From contig OX597817.1 in NCBI GenBank assembly GCA_951406725.2, positions 146,444,001 to 146,508,000 of the forward strand: a stretch of 64,000 nucleotides of DNA, written 5' to 3'. Source of the stretch: Octopus vulgaris (taxonomy: Eukaryota). A program made the translations under genes and the position numbers. The notes beneath the pieces are model-generated. The model did not search any database. It saw only the letters and a list, made by a program, of their open reading frames with translations, and was not told the DNA's origin. This document shows positions 45,977-57,980 of the stretch, piece by piece. Positions within the stretch are counted from its first letter, which is position 1; each line of letters opens with the position of its first letter.

Positions 45977-48699
45977 CTGGAATGTAAAAAAAAGAGAAGA
46001 AAAAATAAATGGAAATGAAACTTTTTAAGACAGTGGTCTTGACAGTTGTTTTGTTATAATCTTTACCTTAAATGAGCAAAAAGTACATGTGGTTCCCCCT
46101 ACCAGATGCAGGGAGATAACCATTTCATCATACAATGAAGTGGGATTATAAAATTGAAATTAAGAAATTATAAGGAAAAAGATGCATAAAATTCACATAT
46201 TTAATTTTGTTCACTTAATACAAAGTACTTAAAATTTCTAGATGTTGGTAATCATGTCTAGCACTATTTCATTCCTTTTAGAAACCATCAGCATAGTATA
46301 ACTTGTGACTTATTTATTAAACATTTTCTGAAGTGAGGCATTTCATTAAAGATGGAAATAATTACAGTCTGGAGGAAATTCATGGAATGTGTTTTTTCTT
46401 TTCATCATAGAACATACAACTTCACAAGCCATTTTATGATGTATTCTTTGTGGTGTAGACATTTGTTTTAAGCTGTTATCTCTTAGTGGTGTTTCTTTAT
46501 GCACGTAGTGGAACAGATATTTATTTAAGGCCATGGGAGGATCATTAGATTTGAAGGAGGTAGAGGACATGTCCATATCGGCACATACAACAAATAGCTA
46601 TGAGGCAGAAAGCTGTGAGCTGATGCATGCATGCACATAGTTTTTTGTTGGAAATGTGACAGTACCATCTAATGCTCTTGATGGTTCACAGGGCTTTGCT
46701 ATTGAAGTCATTGATCCTCTTTACAAAAGTTTTCATGATGGGCCACATTCTCCAGAGAGAAGAAAGGAGCAGCCCAATGTGCTGCAGATGCAGAACTTCA
46801 TCTTCTGGGAGATAGAATAGTGGCACCAAGGGGCTTCTGCAGAGAGTGCATGACCCCAGCAACCAAACCACATAGCATCTTCAAAAGTTCCATGCTTCCT
46901 GAAATTCACCAACACTACTCCTGATGCGTCTGTGCTCTCATGACTCTTGTAATGCTCACTTTTCGATGTTCTTGTGTTTCATTCTGTGCATGTACTTCTA
47001 CTTTCCCCTAGGTTCTTTCTTTACTTGACTTTTTGTCTGCTTTCTGCTCCATCTTATAAATATAATGTTTTCTAATGAGTACCTGAGCACTGTATACAAT
47101 AAGGTGCTAGAATCATTAGCATGCAGGGCGAAATGCCTTGCAACATTTCTTCTGGCTTTATGTTTTGAGTTTGAATTCTGCCTTTCATAATTTCAAAGTT
47201 GATAAAGTAAGTACCAGTTAAACATTGAGGTCAATGTAATCAGCTACTCTCTTCACCCAGAATTTCAGGCCTTATGTCTAAGTAGAAAGGATTATTATTA
47301 TTGATTTAGAGAGCAGTGCATGCTATCAAAGTGTGCTGGAGTACAAATCCCAATGTACCCATTGTGACTACGCATCTAATAAGGGTACACCAGGTATATG
47401 TATCACAACCATATGTGCACGAAATGGTGGCCTAATATCAAGATGAACAGTGCATGACTTTGCAGGTGGGGCCCAGTTAGAATTTTCTTCAGGTCAAGTA
47501 TCCCATCCCATTCAAAAGGTCCTTGAATAAGGATTAAGTTTGATGAATGAAACATCCATGTTCCCAAGATGAATAATTCAAACACCAAAGAATCCCTCTC
47601 AACACATGGCTATGATGCTCCCCCACCAGAGATGCACATATTATCAGCCACTAAGGGACATGCATAAGTGGTTAAGGTTAGGAAACTGACAAGCAAATCT
47701 GCAATATTTTACAGGGTGGCAGAATTGTTAGCACGCCGGGTGAAATGCTTAGCAGTATTTTGTCTGCTGTGATGTTCTGAGTTCAAATTTGCTTTTCATC
47801 CTTTCAGGGTCGATTAAATAAGTACCAGTTACGCACTGGGGTCGATATAATCGACTTAATCCCTTTGTCTGTCCCCCCTATGTTTAGTTCCCTGTGGGCA
47901 ATAAAAAATATTTTACATGTACATGTTAACACTTCCAATCAGTTAAGATAAGGAGCTGTGAGAGCTACTGCCTGGTGCTGCATCAGGGCATTTATGATTA
48001 TTTTATCTTAGTCGTTACTTAGCCCAGATCAACCTTCATCCTGAAGACTTAAAATCAAATCTAGGGTATAAATGAATATTCTCTCCATTTCCTTAAAATT
48101 GTAGGGTGTGACTCAAAGGAGATTTGCCAGCTATTTCTTGCAAGTTGGGCTACCACCAGGTCGAATATAACCAAGCATTTATATAGCTGATTATTATGTT
48201 GTTGACTCCCATTGAATTCTCTATCTATATGTGTTTCAGTCGTCAGACCGTGGTCATACTGGTGCACCACTTTGAGGAATTTTAGTCAGACAAATTACCA
48301 CACCACCCCCACCTGTCTTTTGCTGAACCGCTAAGCTACGGGGACATAACGCCCACCCCTATATATATATATATATATGAACACAGAAGAAAATTCTTGC
48401 CCAATGTGCTGCGGAGTGGGACGGAACCCAGAACCATGTAGTTGGGAGGTAAACTTCTTAACGCACAGGCACAACTGCGCCTAAATACAATATTGGCTCA
48501 AGTTGTATTTTAACTCAGAAACGAGTTTAAATCCTTGATTTCTTATTTGAAAACAGAGCCAAATGGGGCGGAATGATGGCGATGGTGGTGGCGCACAGTG
48601 TTTCGTTTCGTCTCGCGAATTTTAATGCAAATTCAGTATAAATATTTAGAAAAACTGTCTGAAAGCAGTTCAGTATAAATAGTTGTTAGGTTATGTCCC

Positions 48700-49185
48700 T
48701 TAGCACTTAAATCGATGGGGGTTATTTCCCTTGCACAGCACCACATGACCTCGTTGATAGGCTCTTAGGAAGTGAGAAATAACGCTGTTTTTCTTACACA
48801 TGGAAGCACTCCGTCGGTTATGACGACGAGAGTTCCGGTTGATCCGATCAACGGAACAGCCTGCTCGTGAAATTAACGTGTAAGTGGCCGAGCACTCCAC
48901 AGACACGTGTACCCTTAACGTAGTTCTCGGGGATATTCAGCGTGACACAGAGAGTGACAAGGCCGGCCCTTTGAAATACAGGTACAACAGAAACAGGAAG
49001 TAAGAGTGAGAGAGAAAGTTGTGGTGAAAGAGTACAGCAGGGATCACCACCATCCCAGCCGAAGCCTCGTGGAACTTTAGGTGTTTTTGCTCAATAAACA
49101 CTCACAACGCCCGGTCTGGGAATCGAAACCGCGATCCTACGACCGCGAGTCCGCTGCCCTAACCACTGGGCCATTGCACCTCCAC
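48700..49185 (-). mobile_element. tRNA-derived SINE family C (GTGGAGGTGCAATGGCCCAGTGGTTAGGG head)
   Basis: A/B boxes with CpGs retained (young copy); related heads at about 2790-3025(-), 3934(+), 13230-13537(-), 37831(+), 41930-42235(-) and 59098(+). Confidence 0.75.
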
Positions 49186-51064
49186 TTTTCTTACACATAC
49201 ACACGGCCTCGCTTGGTTCGGTGTGCGTGCGGGCGGAGGCTTAAAAATCTAAATTACAACTTGTTTTTGTTGCTTATATTTTAGCAATGGACCACGCATG
49301 TGTTACTTCTGGAGAGAAAATATTGAAAAGCATAAATATATGTGAGAGTAACGAAGAAACGAGGAAGGTGGTCGTGGGATGTGCTAGAAACAACAGCCAA
49401 ATCTCCCTTAAATTACACACCTTTTCATCTGAAAATATTTACTTTTTTTTAACCAAAAGGGCTTCTCCCATGGTTTTTAAGTGAGCAGTGCCAAAAAAAT
49501 TGAGCAAAATTGCAAATTGGTCAGGAGCGAGGTGGTGAAGTGTAAAAAAAAAAATAATAATAAAAAGAAAGAAAAAAAAAAAAAAAAGGAAATTTCATAA
49601 TTTTTCTTCCTAAAAAGATGCTCTCCACAGCGCGTCATTTCAGAGGCTGTGGTGAAAACATAGAAGCACTGGTACTGGTGCCACAGAAAAAAACACCTAG
49701 AACACTGTAAAGTGTTAGGAAAACCATTCCAAAACAGACAATGGAACCTGGTGCAGCTCCTGTTGAACTGTCCAACCCATGCCAGCATGGAAAATGGACA
49801 TCAAATGATGATGATTCATTTCATTTTTCACCATTCCCACCTAGTGTCAGTTTATCTCAATAAGGTATCTGAAGAGTAGCATCTGTAGGGTTCTGAATGA
49901 AATAGAAATGCCGAAAATATAAGCCCTTACAAGTTTCTTCATATTTATACCCATTTTGTTCCAGCTTGCATGGGTTTGATGAATATATCAAATGGAATAT
50001 GAATTTGGGGGACCAACACAAAGTCACATGGCCTAGTGGTAAGGGTGTTGCACTCACAATAGCCAGATCATGGTTTCAATTCCCAGATCAGGTAATGCAA
50101 TGCGTTCATTTCATGTTGCTCCAGCCCATTAGCTGTAAATGAGTATTCTTGAAATGTAGAGGAAAAGCAATGATACCAAAATAGATGGAGAGACAGCCAA
50201 CTGGACTGAATGCCCATCTCTTGTCACCAGCTTTATACTGTCTCTAACAAACTAATAGGTTTACCATTAATTCTGTGAAATATTCACAGGTCCCCTTAGT
50301 TTCAAATTAATATTGATTTTGCTTGATCAGAAAAAGCATTTATTGGTTAATTAGTAGACTTAAACTAGCCCTTCTTTAGTCTTTTTGAAAGGCTGCCCTC
50401 TTACTGTTAGATCTCAACTGATAATGCCAGTTGATTGGTTAAATTTAAATTAATCTCTCCCCTCAATTAGTATGCAGAGGGACACCTAATGTTTTCTAAA
50501 CACTCTTCTTGCAATGTGCTATTTGATTATTCACAGATCAGTACATTTGTCAATAGTAGAAATATGCCTGATGAAATGGTCTGGTTATGTAACAAGATCA
50601 TGTAATACATAATGATGTAAATAAATAATCATTATATGGAAACGGTTGTAACATAATGTGGACAATATCTCTATTCTATATATTTTTTCCAGTTAGATAT
50701 ACAAAGGCCTCCTTCAGTCATAGCTGACCATGGGTTTCTGCACTTGACAGATTCCTCTCTAAGCTGCTGGCCCAAATAAGATTTTTGTGTGTGTGTGTGG
50801 TGTGTATGGAAGACTAGCAGTTGTCTGTACATGCATGTTTCTTCTGTCCATGGCATTGGTGATGTACAGGAATAAAGCAAGGCTGTAAAAGCTTGGCATC
50901 ATTGCCATCAGAACACAAACTGCAAGACATCTTGTCTGGCGGTTTAACAGTTCTACACATCCACAGCTTTGATTGATATTTGGATTTGAACTCAGAGTAC
51001 AGGAAGTTGGGTCAAGTACCATAAGCTGTTTTACTCAACACTCTCCCTAACAAAATGTCAACAA

Positions 51065-51284
51065 CGCGAGGACGTGGAACAAGTATTGTGTTATTGGACG
51101 CTCAGGAAAGGAAAGAAAGAAGGAGGATTTAACGTTTCGAGCAGAGCTCTTTGTCAGAAACATAGAAAAAGGAAAGGTCCAAGGAAGGGAAGACGGAGTA
51201 CAGTGCTATTGGACACTCAGAAAAGGAAAGAAAAAAGGAGGATTTAACGTTTCGAGCAGAGCTCTTCGTCAGAAACATAGAAAG
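51065..51284 (-). mobile_element. Penelope-like pseudo-LTR fragment, partial tandem, with two hammerhead motifs
   Basis: About 115-nt period tandem; hammerhead cores at 51127-51161 (CTGACAA variant) and 51242-51276; same family at 8720 and 19885. Confidence 0.6.
51242..51276 (-). ncRNA. minimal hammerhead ribozyme motif with intact core (Penelope pLTR type)
   Basis: Minus strand GTTT-CTGACGA-A-GAGC-TCT-GCTC-GAAACGT-T-AAAT: conserved core, 4-bp stem II, palindromic ACGT. Confidence 0.65.
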
Positions 51285-51298
51285 ATTATAAGGATTAT

Positions 51299-51594
51299 CC
51301 AAATTGAGGGAGTGGAATGGGCTTAATTCAGGCATATGTCCCTTAGCTGATAATTACTCAGCAAGGGGTACACAACTGAGCTAATCATCAGGCTGAGAAT
51401 ACCTTAATTAAATGAAGGTTATATTGTTGCACTTAAAATTTCTAAGTGACAATGTAACCTATATCTAATTAAGGTATTCTCAGCTTGATGATGAGCTAAG
51501 CTGTGTACCCTTTACCGAGTAATTATTACATCCGAGGATCATCTAGCTAAGAAACATATGCCTGAATTATGCCCATTCCTCTCCCTCAATTTGG
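51299..51594. repeat. about 296-bp foldback (long imperfect palindrome)
   Basis: Arms CCAAATTGAGGGAG...CACTTA / TAAGTG...CTCCCTCAATTTGG pair along their whole length, with an about 20-nt insertion in the right arm. Confidence 0.9.
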
Positions 51595-53908
51595 TGTTTT
51601 ATTCGCATCTGTAGTAACAGTGGTTGCTAACTGTGAGCTATACACAAACTTTCAGCTTATCAAATTTCCTTGTGGGGCAAGGAATTGATGCCAATGAATT
51701 GTTATTGTTCTTCATCATATACCTGTCATGGACTGCTTGAAGTTTAAAAGCTTCCTACACTTGGATCCCTGGATCTTACCCTTACATCATCATTTTTTAA
51801 CGTCCGCTTTCCATGCTAGCATGGGTTGGACAATTTGACTGACGACTAGCGAACCAGATGGCTGCACCAGGCTCCAATCTTGATCTGGCAGAATTTCTAC
51901 AGCTGCATGCCCTTCCTAATGCTAACCACTCCGAGAGTGTAGTGGGTGCTTTTATGTGTCACTGGTACAAGGGCCAGTCGGGTGGTACTGGGAATGGCCA
52001 TGCTCAAATGGTGTTTTTTATGTGCCAGCTGCACAGGAGCCAGTCCAGCGGCACTGGCAATGACCTTGCTCAATTTTTTTTTTCACGTGCCACCAACATA
52101 AGTGCCAGTAATGCCACGCTGGTAACAATCATGCTCGAATGGTGCTTTTTATGTGCCACTGGCACAGAAGCCAGTTAGCTGCTCTGGCAATGATCATGCT
52201 TGGATAGTGCTCTTAGTGCTCCACTAGCATGGATGCCAGTCACACATGCACACAACACACATATATGAACCCTGTAGCATTCAAACCAGCCATATCCAGC
52301 CAGAATTTTCTACCTATTTTAAGTTCAAACAGGCCAGGTCCAGCCTCTCACACCCATCCCACGATAACATTTTATAAATAATATTCAGACCATTCAAATC
52401 GCAAGACTATAAGATCATACATGGTTAATTCCAAATGATATGAATAAATAAGCTTTACATTTCACAGAGCAATCTGAGCACTAAAGGGCTAAAGTGTGCT
52501 TTTATGTCAAGTTACATATAAAAACAATTCAACATTAGACTGAAGAATTACTCAATACTTTTTAGTGGAGTACAATCTATTAAATTTTATAAGGAAAAAT
52601 CTTTTCCTTGTAGAAGTTAATGAGTGTGTGAGCGAGCACATATGTAGAACATTGGGTTTTAGCCTCACCTTAACCTCAGATATTTATTTTGCTTCAGTTT
52701 TTATTCACAGTCTATGCTATTATACAGGAGATATTTGAAAAGATTTAGATATTGTTATGGGGGTTTGTTGAAGCATATCACTAACAACTTTGTCATCCTT
52801 CCTGCATTTAATTAAGCAACAATGAAACAGGAGTGCTACGTTATTTTCCAGTGATAAATCTAGATACAGGCAAGTAAAAAAAATGCTTTATCAATGTCTG
52901 TTATAAATAACAGCCAAATCTCTCTCGAATCACACTATATCATCTCAAATAAAAACAAATACATTAGACAAGCTTCCAACACTTGGATCCCTGGATCTTA
53001 CCCTTACATATTGATATATATACACACACACACATATATGAACCCTGTAGCATTTAAACCAGCCATATCCAGCTAGAATTTTCTACCTATTTCCTACATG
53101 GATAGTATTATAATCCCTTATGAAACCATTTTTCCAAATTTTAAGCCCCCCAAAATTAGGAGGTTCCTTATACACGTTAAAATATGGTAATTCTGCCTCT
53201 TTATACGCGTAAACAAGTTGGTCATGACTTGAATGTCTTCTAGTTCTCTTCAGTCAGGGCTGATCAAGGGTTAAGCAACAAAAACAACACCACACTGGCT
53301 GTTAAGACAATGAGAGCACTTCCACATAGTTGCCTGGCTTACTAGAAGTAGCAGCCAAATCTCCTTCAAATAACTTTTGTCTATTAAAAAAAAAGGAACA
53401 GAATAGATATGCAGGGCAGTGAGCTGGCAGAATGGTATGGTGGACAAAATGCTAAGCAGTATTTCTACTGGCTCTTTACATTATGAGTTCAAATCTGACC
53501 ATGGTCAACTTTGCTTTTCATCTCTTTTGAGGTCAATAAAATACAGTACCAGCCTAGCACTGGTGGTTGATGTGATGACCTTGCCCCTTCCCTCAAAACT
53601 AACTTGAAACCTGCAATAAACCAACATCCCACTCAGTTAAGTGTTTGGAGTGAGGACACACACACATACATATATGCCATGGGCTTCCACATGGTTTCTG
53701 TCCACCAAATTTACTCAATGCATTGGTTGACTTGGGGTAACTTTCCCAAGGTGCCACGTGGTAGGCCTGAACCCAAAACCATGTGGTTTCAAAGCAAGCT
53801 TCTTACCTACACAGCTATATCTGTGCAAAAGATTCAAAGATTCTTACAACAAAAGGTTGTGATTTAATATTTTATGATTTCAGCACAAGGCTAGCAATTT
53901 AAAGAGAG

Positions 53909-54240
53909 GAATGTGGTCGATGCCAGGTCCACCAAACTGGCCCCTGTGCTGGTGGGACGTAAAAAGCACCAACCGAATGTAGTCAATACCAGTAGCCCCA
54001 GACTGGCTCCCATGCCGGTGGCATGTAAAAATCATCATCCAAATGTGGTCAATGCCAGGTCTGCCTGACTGGCTCTCATGCTTGTGGTACGTAAGTAGCA
54101 CCATCCAATCATGGCTGATGCCAGTACTCCCTCCCCAACTGGCTCATGTGCCAGTGGCACTTAAAAAGCAGCATCCAAATGTGATCGATGCCAGGCCCGC
54201 CTGGCTGGCTCCTGCGCTGGTGGCACATAAAAAGCACCCA
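53909..54240. repeat. about 55-60-bp tandem repeat (5-6 units) within an RTE-derived UTR
   Basis: Recurring AATGTGGTCRATGCCAG...CTGGCTCC...GGTGGCAYRTAAAAAGCA. Confidence 0.75.
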
Positions 54241-54517
54241 CTACACTTTCGAAGTGGTTAGCATTAGGAAGGGCATCCAGCTGTAGGAACATTGCTATAT
54301 CAGATTGGAACCTGGTGCAGCCTCCTGGCTCTCCAGACCTCAGTCAAACCATCCAACACATGTCAGCATGGAAAACAGACGTTAAACAATGATGATGATG
54401 GCCTTAGTCAACACTATGGATTCCTGTACTCAATAGGTACTTCATTGACCATGAAAACACAAAAAACAAAGTTGACCTAGGTAGGGTTTGAACACTGAAT
54501 GTAAAGAGGCAGAATTA

Positions 54518-54697
54518 CTGTATTTTAACATGTATAAGGAACCCTTGTATATAAGGAAACCCCTAATTTTGGGGGGCTTAAAATTTGGAAAAATGGTGTT
54601 GTAAGGGATTATAATACTATCCATGTATAAGAAACTCCCATATTTTTTTAACCTAAGTTTTGATAAAATAGGGTTCCTTATACATGTTAAAATACGG
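54518..54697. mobile_element. pogo/Tc2-type MITE
   Basis: About 28-bp TIR CYGTATTTTAACATGTATAAGGAACCCT with TA duplication on both sides. Confidence 0.75.
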
Positions 54698-57009
54698 TAT
54701 ATAGGGGCAGCTATTTGTCTGATGCTACAACAATTCTGAATGATATGATCTAAAGATGAACACATTAAACAATGTAGACTCAGGTGGATTTGTATGAAAA
54801 GAGTTTTAAACTTGCTATAATTGCATTTGGTTCAATGATTATCATTTAAAATACCACTCAATCACTATACTGAATTAGATGTAATAAATTGTCATATTTT
54901 AAAGATCACTGCCTCACCCGGGGCAGTGGAGTTTTTTTTTTTTGTTTGAAGGTGGTGCTCCAGCATGGCCGCAGTCAAATGACTGAAACAAGTAAAAGAA
55001 TAAAAGAATTGTACATACACACATATACTCTTTTCTTTTATTCTGTTATCTGTTTCAGTCATCTGATTGCAGCCATGCTGGAGCATCGCCTTTAGTCGAG
55101 CAAACTGACCCCAAGACTTACTCTTTGTAAGCCTAGTACTTATTCTATCAGTCTCTTATTGCTGAACCGCTAAGTTATGGAGACATAAACATGCCAATAT
55201 CAGTTCTCAAGCGATGGGGTGGGGGGACAAATACATACATACACACATATATAAAATAAACTTCTTTCAGTTTCCGTCTACCATATCCACTCACAAGGCT
55301 TTGGTTGGCCCAAGGTTATAGCAGAAGACACTTCCCCAAGGTGTCACACAGTGGGACTGAACCCAGAACCATGTGGTTGGGAGAAGCAAGCTACTTACCA
55401 CACACAGTCCACGTAAAAGCACTCACTACACCCTCGGAGTGGTTGGCCTTAGGCAGGGCATTCAGCTGTAGAAACACTGCCAGATCAGACTGGAGCCTGG
55501 TGCAGCCATCTAGTTCGCCAGTTCTCAGTCAAACCATCTAACATGGAAAGTGGTTAGCATTAGGAAGGGCATCCAGCTGTAGGAACATTGCTAGATCAGA
55601 TTAACACGTTGGTGTCTGTCAAGGCCACAGTTGTTTATTATGTTGACACATAAGTATCAAAGAATGATACCAATATTGTAATCAGTACACAAATAGCAAA
55701 ACATTACTTCTATCCTGTTTACTGTAAAAACAGGGAAAGAGGACGTTAAACGATGATGATTATGATGATACATAATATATATATATATACACACACACAT
55801 AAGGGGAATATCTCTTGTAACAAGTCTAGAGAAGGTTTATAAAGAAAAAGGAAATGATACAAATAACAAAAGTTTTAATACTGAATCAAATATAGTTCAT
55901 GTGTATATACATAAATATCGCCTATAAAACAATATATATGTTAAAATGAGTTGATATTACTATGATTTAATCAATAATTAAGGTTGGTGGTCACATTTAT
56001 TTATGGTCTATTAAATAATGGTTTAAAATCCAACCGAAGCTCAACTTCCTTTAATTTTTCTAGGGTCGATAAACAATATTATGCTATAATATACTGAGTT
56101 AGTTTAATTCGTTTATATTCATACGTATGTTGCACATGCACACACAAAAACATTTTCACCTCAGGGTAAGAAGTATCAACCCATCTAGAACAAAGTATGG
56201 TTAAACAGGGACTCTTGGAGAAAGAATACAGCTTCATTAATCATATGCTAAAGAGATAGCAGATCCTGATATTTGGGACAATAAAAATGTACAAGAGCTT
56301 TTAAAAATAAATCTAAAGGGTGAATGATCGTGTAAAAGATTATGCAGAGATCAAGACGCTTTTTTTTTCTTTTCGCCTTCCTACCAAGTGAGTGATTCTA
56401 AAGCTTTTAACAGAAAATGAAAACACACCCACACAGATTGGTGGTATTGAGCCAAAGTATGAAATCAAGATGGTGGAATTCCATACAAAATGCTTTGTCG
56501 TGTTCAATCACACCTTTTCATATCCTACATTCTAAACCTACCATTTATCCCTCTAAATACCAGTAATAATGCATAGGGGTTGATGCAATGAACTGTAGTC
56601 CCTTCTTTATAATTCATGGCTTGTGACAGTGTAAAAAAATCACTATCAATATTAACGAGGCAGGTTAACAACAATGTCTGACAGTGTTTACGTCCCACCA
56701 TCTCCTTATCTTCCTATTTCGAACTCAAGGTTTATTTTCATTTCTTATTATTCTGCTGATGGTAAAATAAACACCAGCAGCATATTGATATTTAACCAAT
56801 TAAATATATATATTAGTTCTGTAAGATATCTGGCCTCGTATCTACAGAACTAACGAGGTAACATGTACATGGTTGAATGACCTGCTAAAATCTGCACCAA
56901 ATAATACACCTGCCATCTAAAAGAACTTAAGATAAAACTACAAAGACAACTTTATCATAAGTCTGGTCAACTAGGGTTCACTTGGTCGTCAAAAACATTA
57001 ATTATAGAG

Positions 57010-57390
57010 TCACGCCAGGCGAAATGCATAGTGGTATTTCGTCTGTCTTTACGTTCTGAGTTCAAATTCCGCCGAGGTCGACTTTGCCTTTCATCCTTTC
57101 GGGGTCGATTAAATAAGTACCAGTTACGCACTGGGGTCGATACAATCGACTTAATCCGTGTGTCTGTCCTTGTTTGTCCTCTTTCTGTTTAGCCCCATGT
57201 GGGTAGTAAAGAAATAAGTATTTCGTCTGTCTTTACGTTCTGAGTTCAAATTCTGCCGAGGTCGATTTTGCCTTTCATCCTTTCGGGGTCGATAAATTAA
57301 GTACCAGTTGCGTACTGGGGTCGATCTAATCGATTGCCCCCCCCCCCCAAAAAAAAAATTTCGGGCCTTGTGCCTTGAGTAGAAAAGAAT
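57010..57390 (+). mobile_element. SINE family B copy with duplicated body
   Basis: Same two-unit structure as 11748-12150. Confidence 0.7.
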
Positions 57391-57893
57391 ATTAATTATA
57401 GAGTTGAACTTTTTGAACTGGAGAAAATACTTTGAAATTATATATCATCATTTTCATAATTTATAGAGATATATAATTGTAAATAGAAAGAAAGGAATTA
57501 TGTGTTTAACTTAAAGAGATATCCTGTCTCAATAACCAATTACTATAATGAGTATTATTAATTGTACTGTTGTATTTAGCACAATTAACACGTTGGTGTC
57601 TGTCAAGGCCACGGTTGTTTATTATGTTGACACATAAGTATCAAAGAATGATACCAATATTGTAATCATTACAGAAATAGCCAAACATTACTTCTATCCT
57701 GTTTAATGTAGAAACAAACAAACAAATAAATAAATAAATAAATAAAGCACTCTTCAGATAAGTACACTACTTGTATGATTATTAACTTACAAATCTAGGA
57801 AAAACCCAACAACAACAAGAGCAAAAAACTGTAAACAAATTATCGTCTGGCAACTAAAAATAATGTAATTCATGAATATATTTAAAAATATAC

Positions 57894-57980
57894 CTGATGA
57901 AATAAGAGTAGATCTCTTGAACATGAAGTTGAAATAAGAGTTTTCCAATCGTTTGATACATTCACAATGTTCAGGTGAAA
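57894..57980 (-). other. candidate non-coding upstream exon (87 nt)
   Basis: (CT)n tract plus gctacag acceptor and CAG|gtatat donor. No transcript evidence. Confidence 0.3.
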
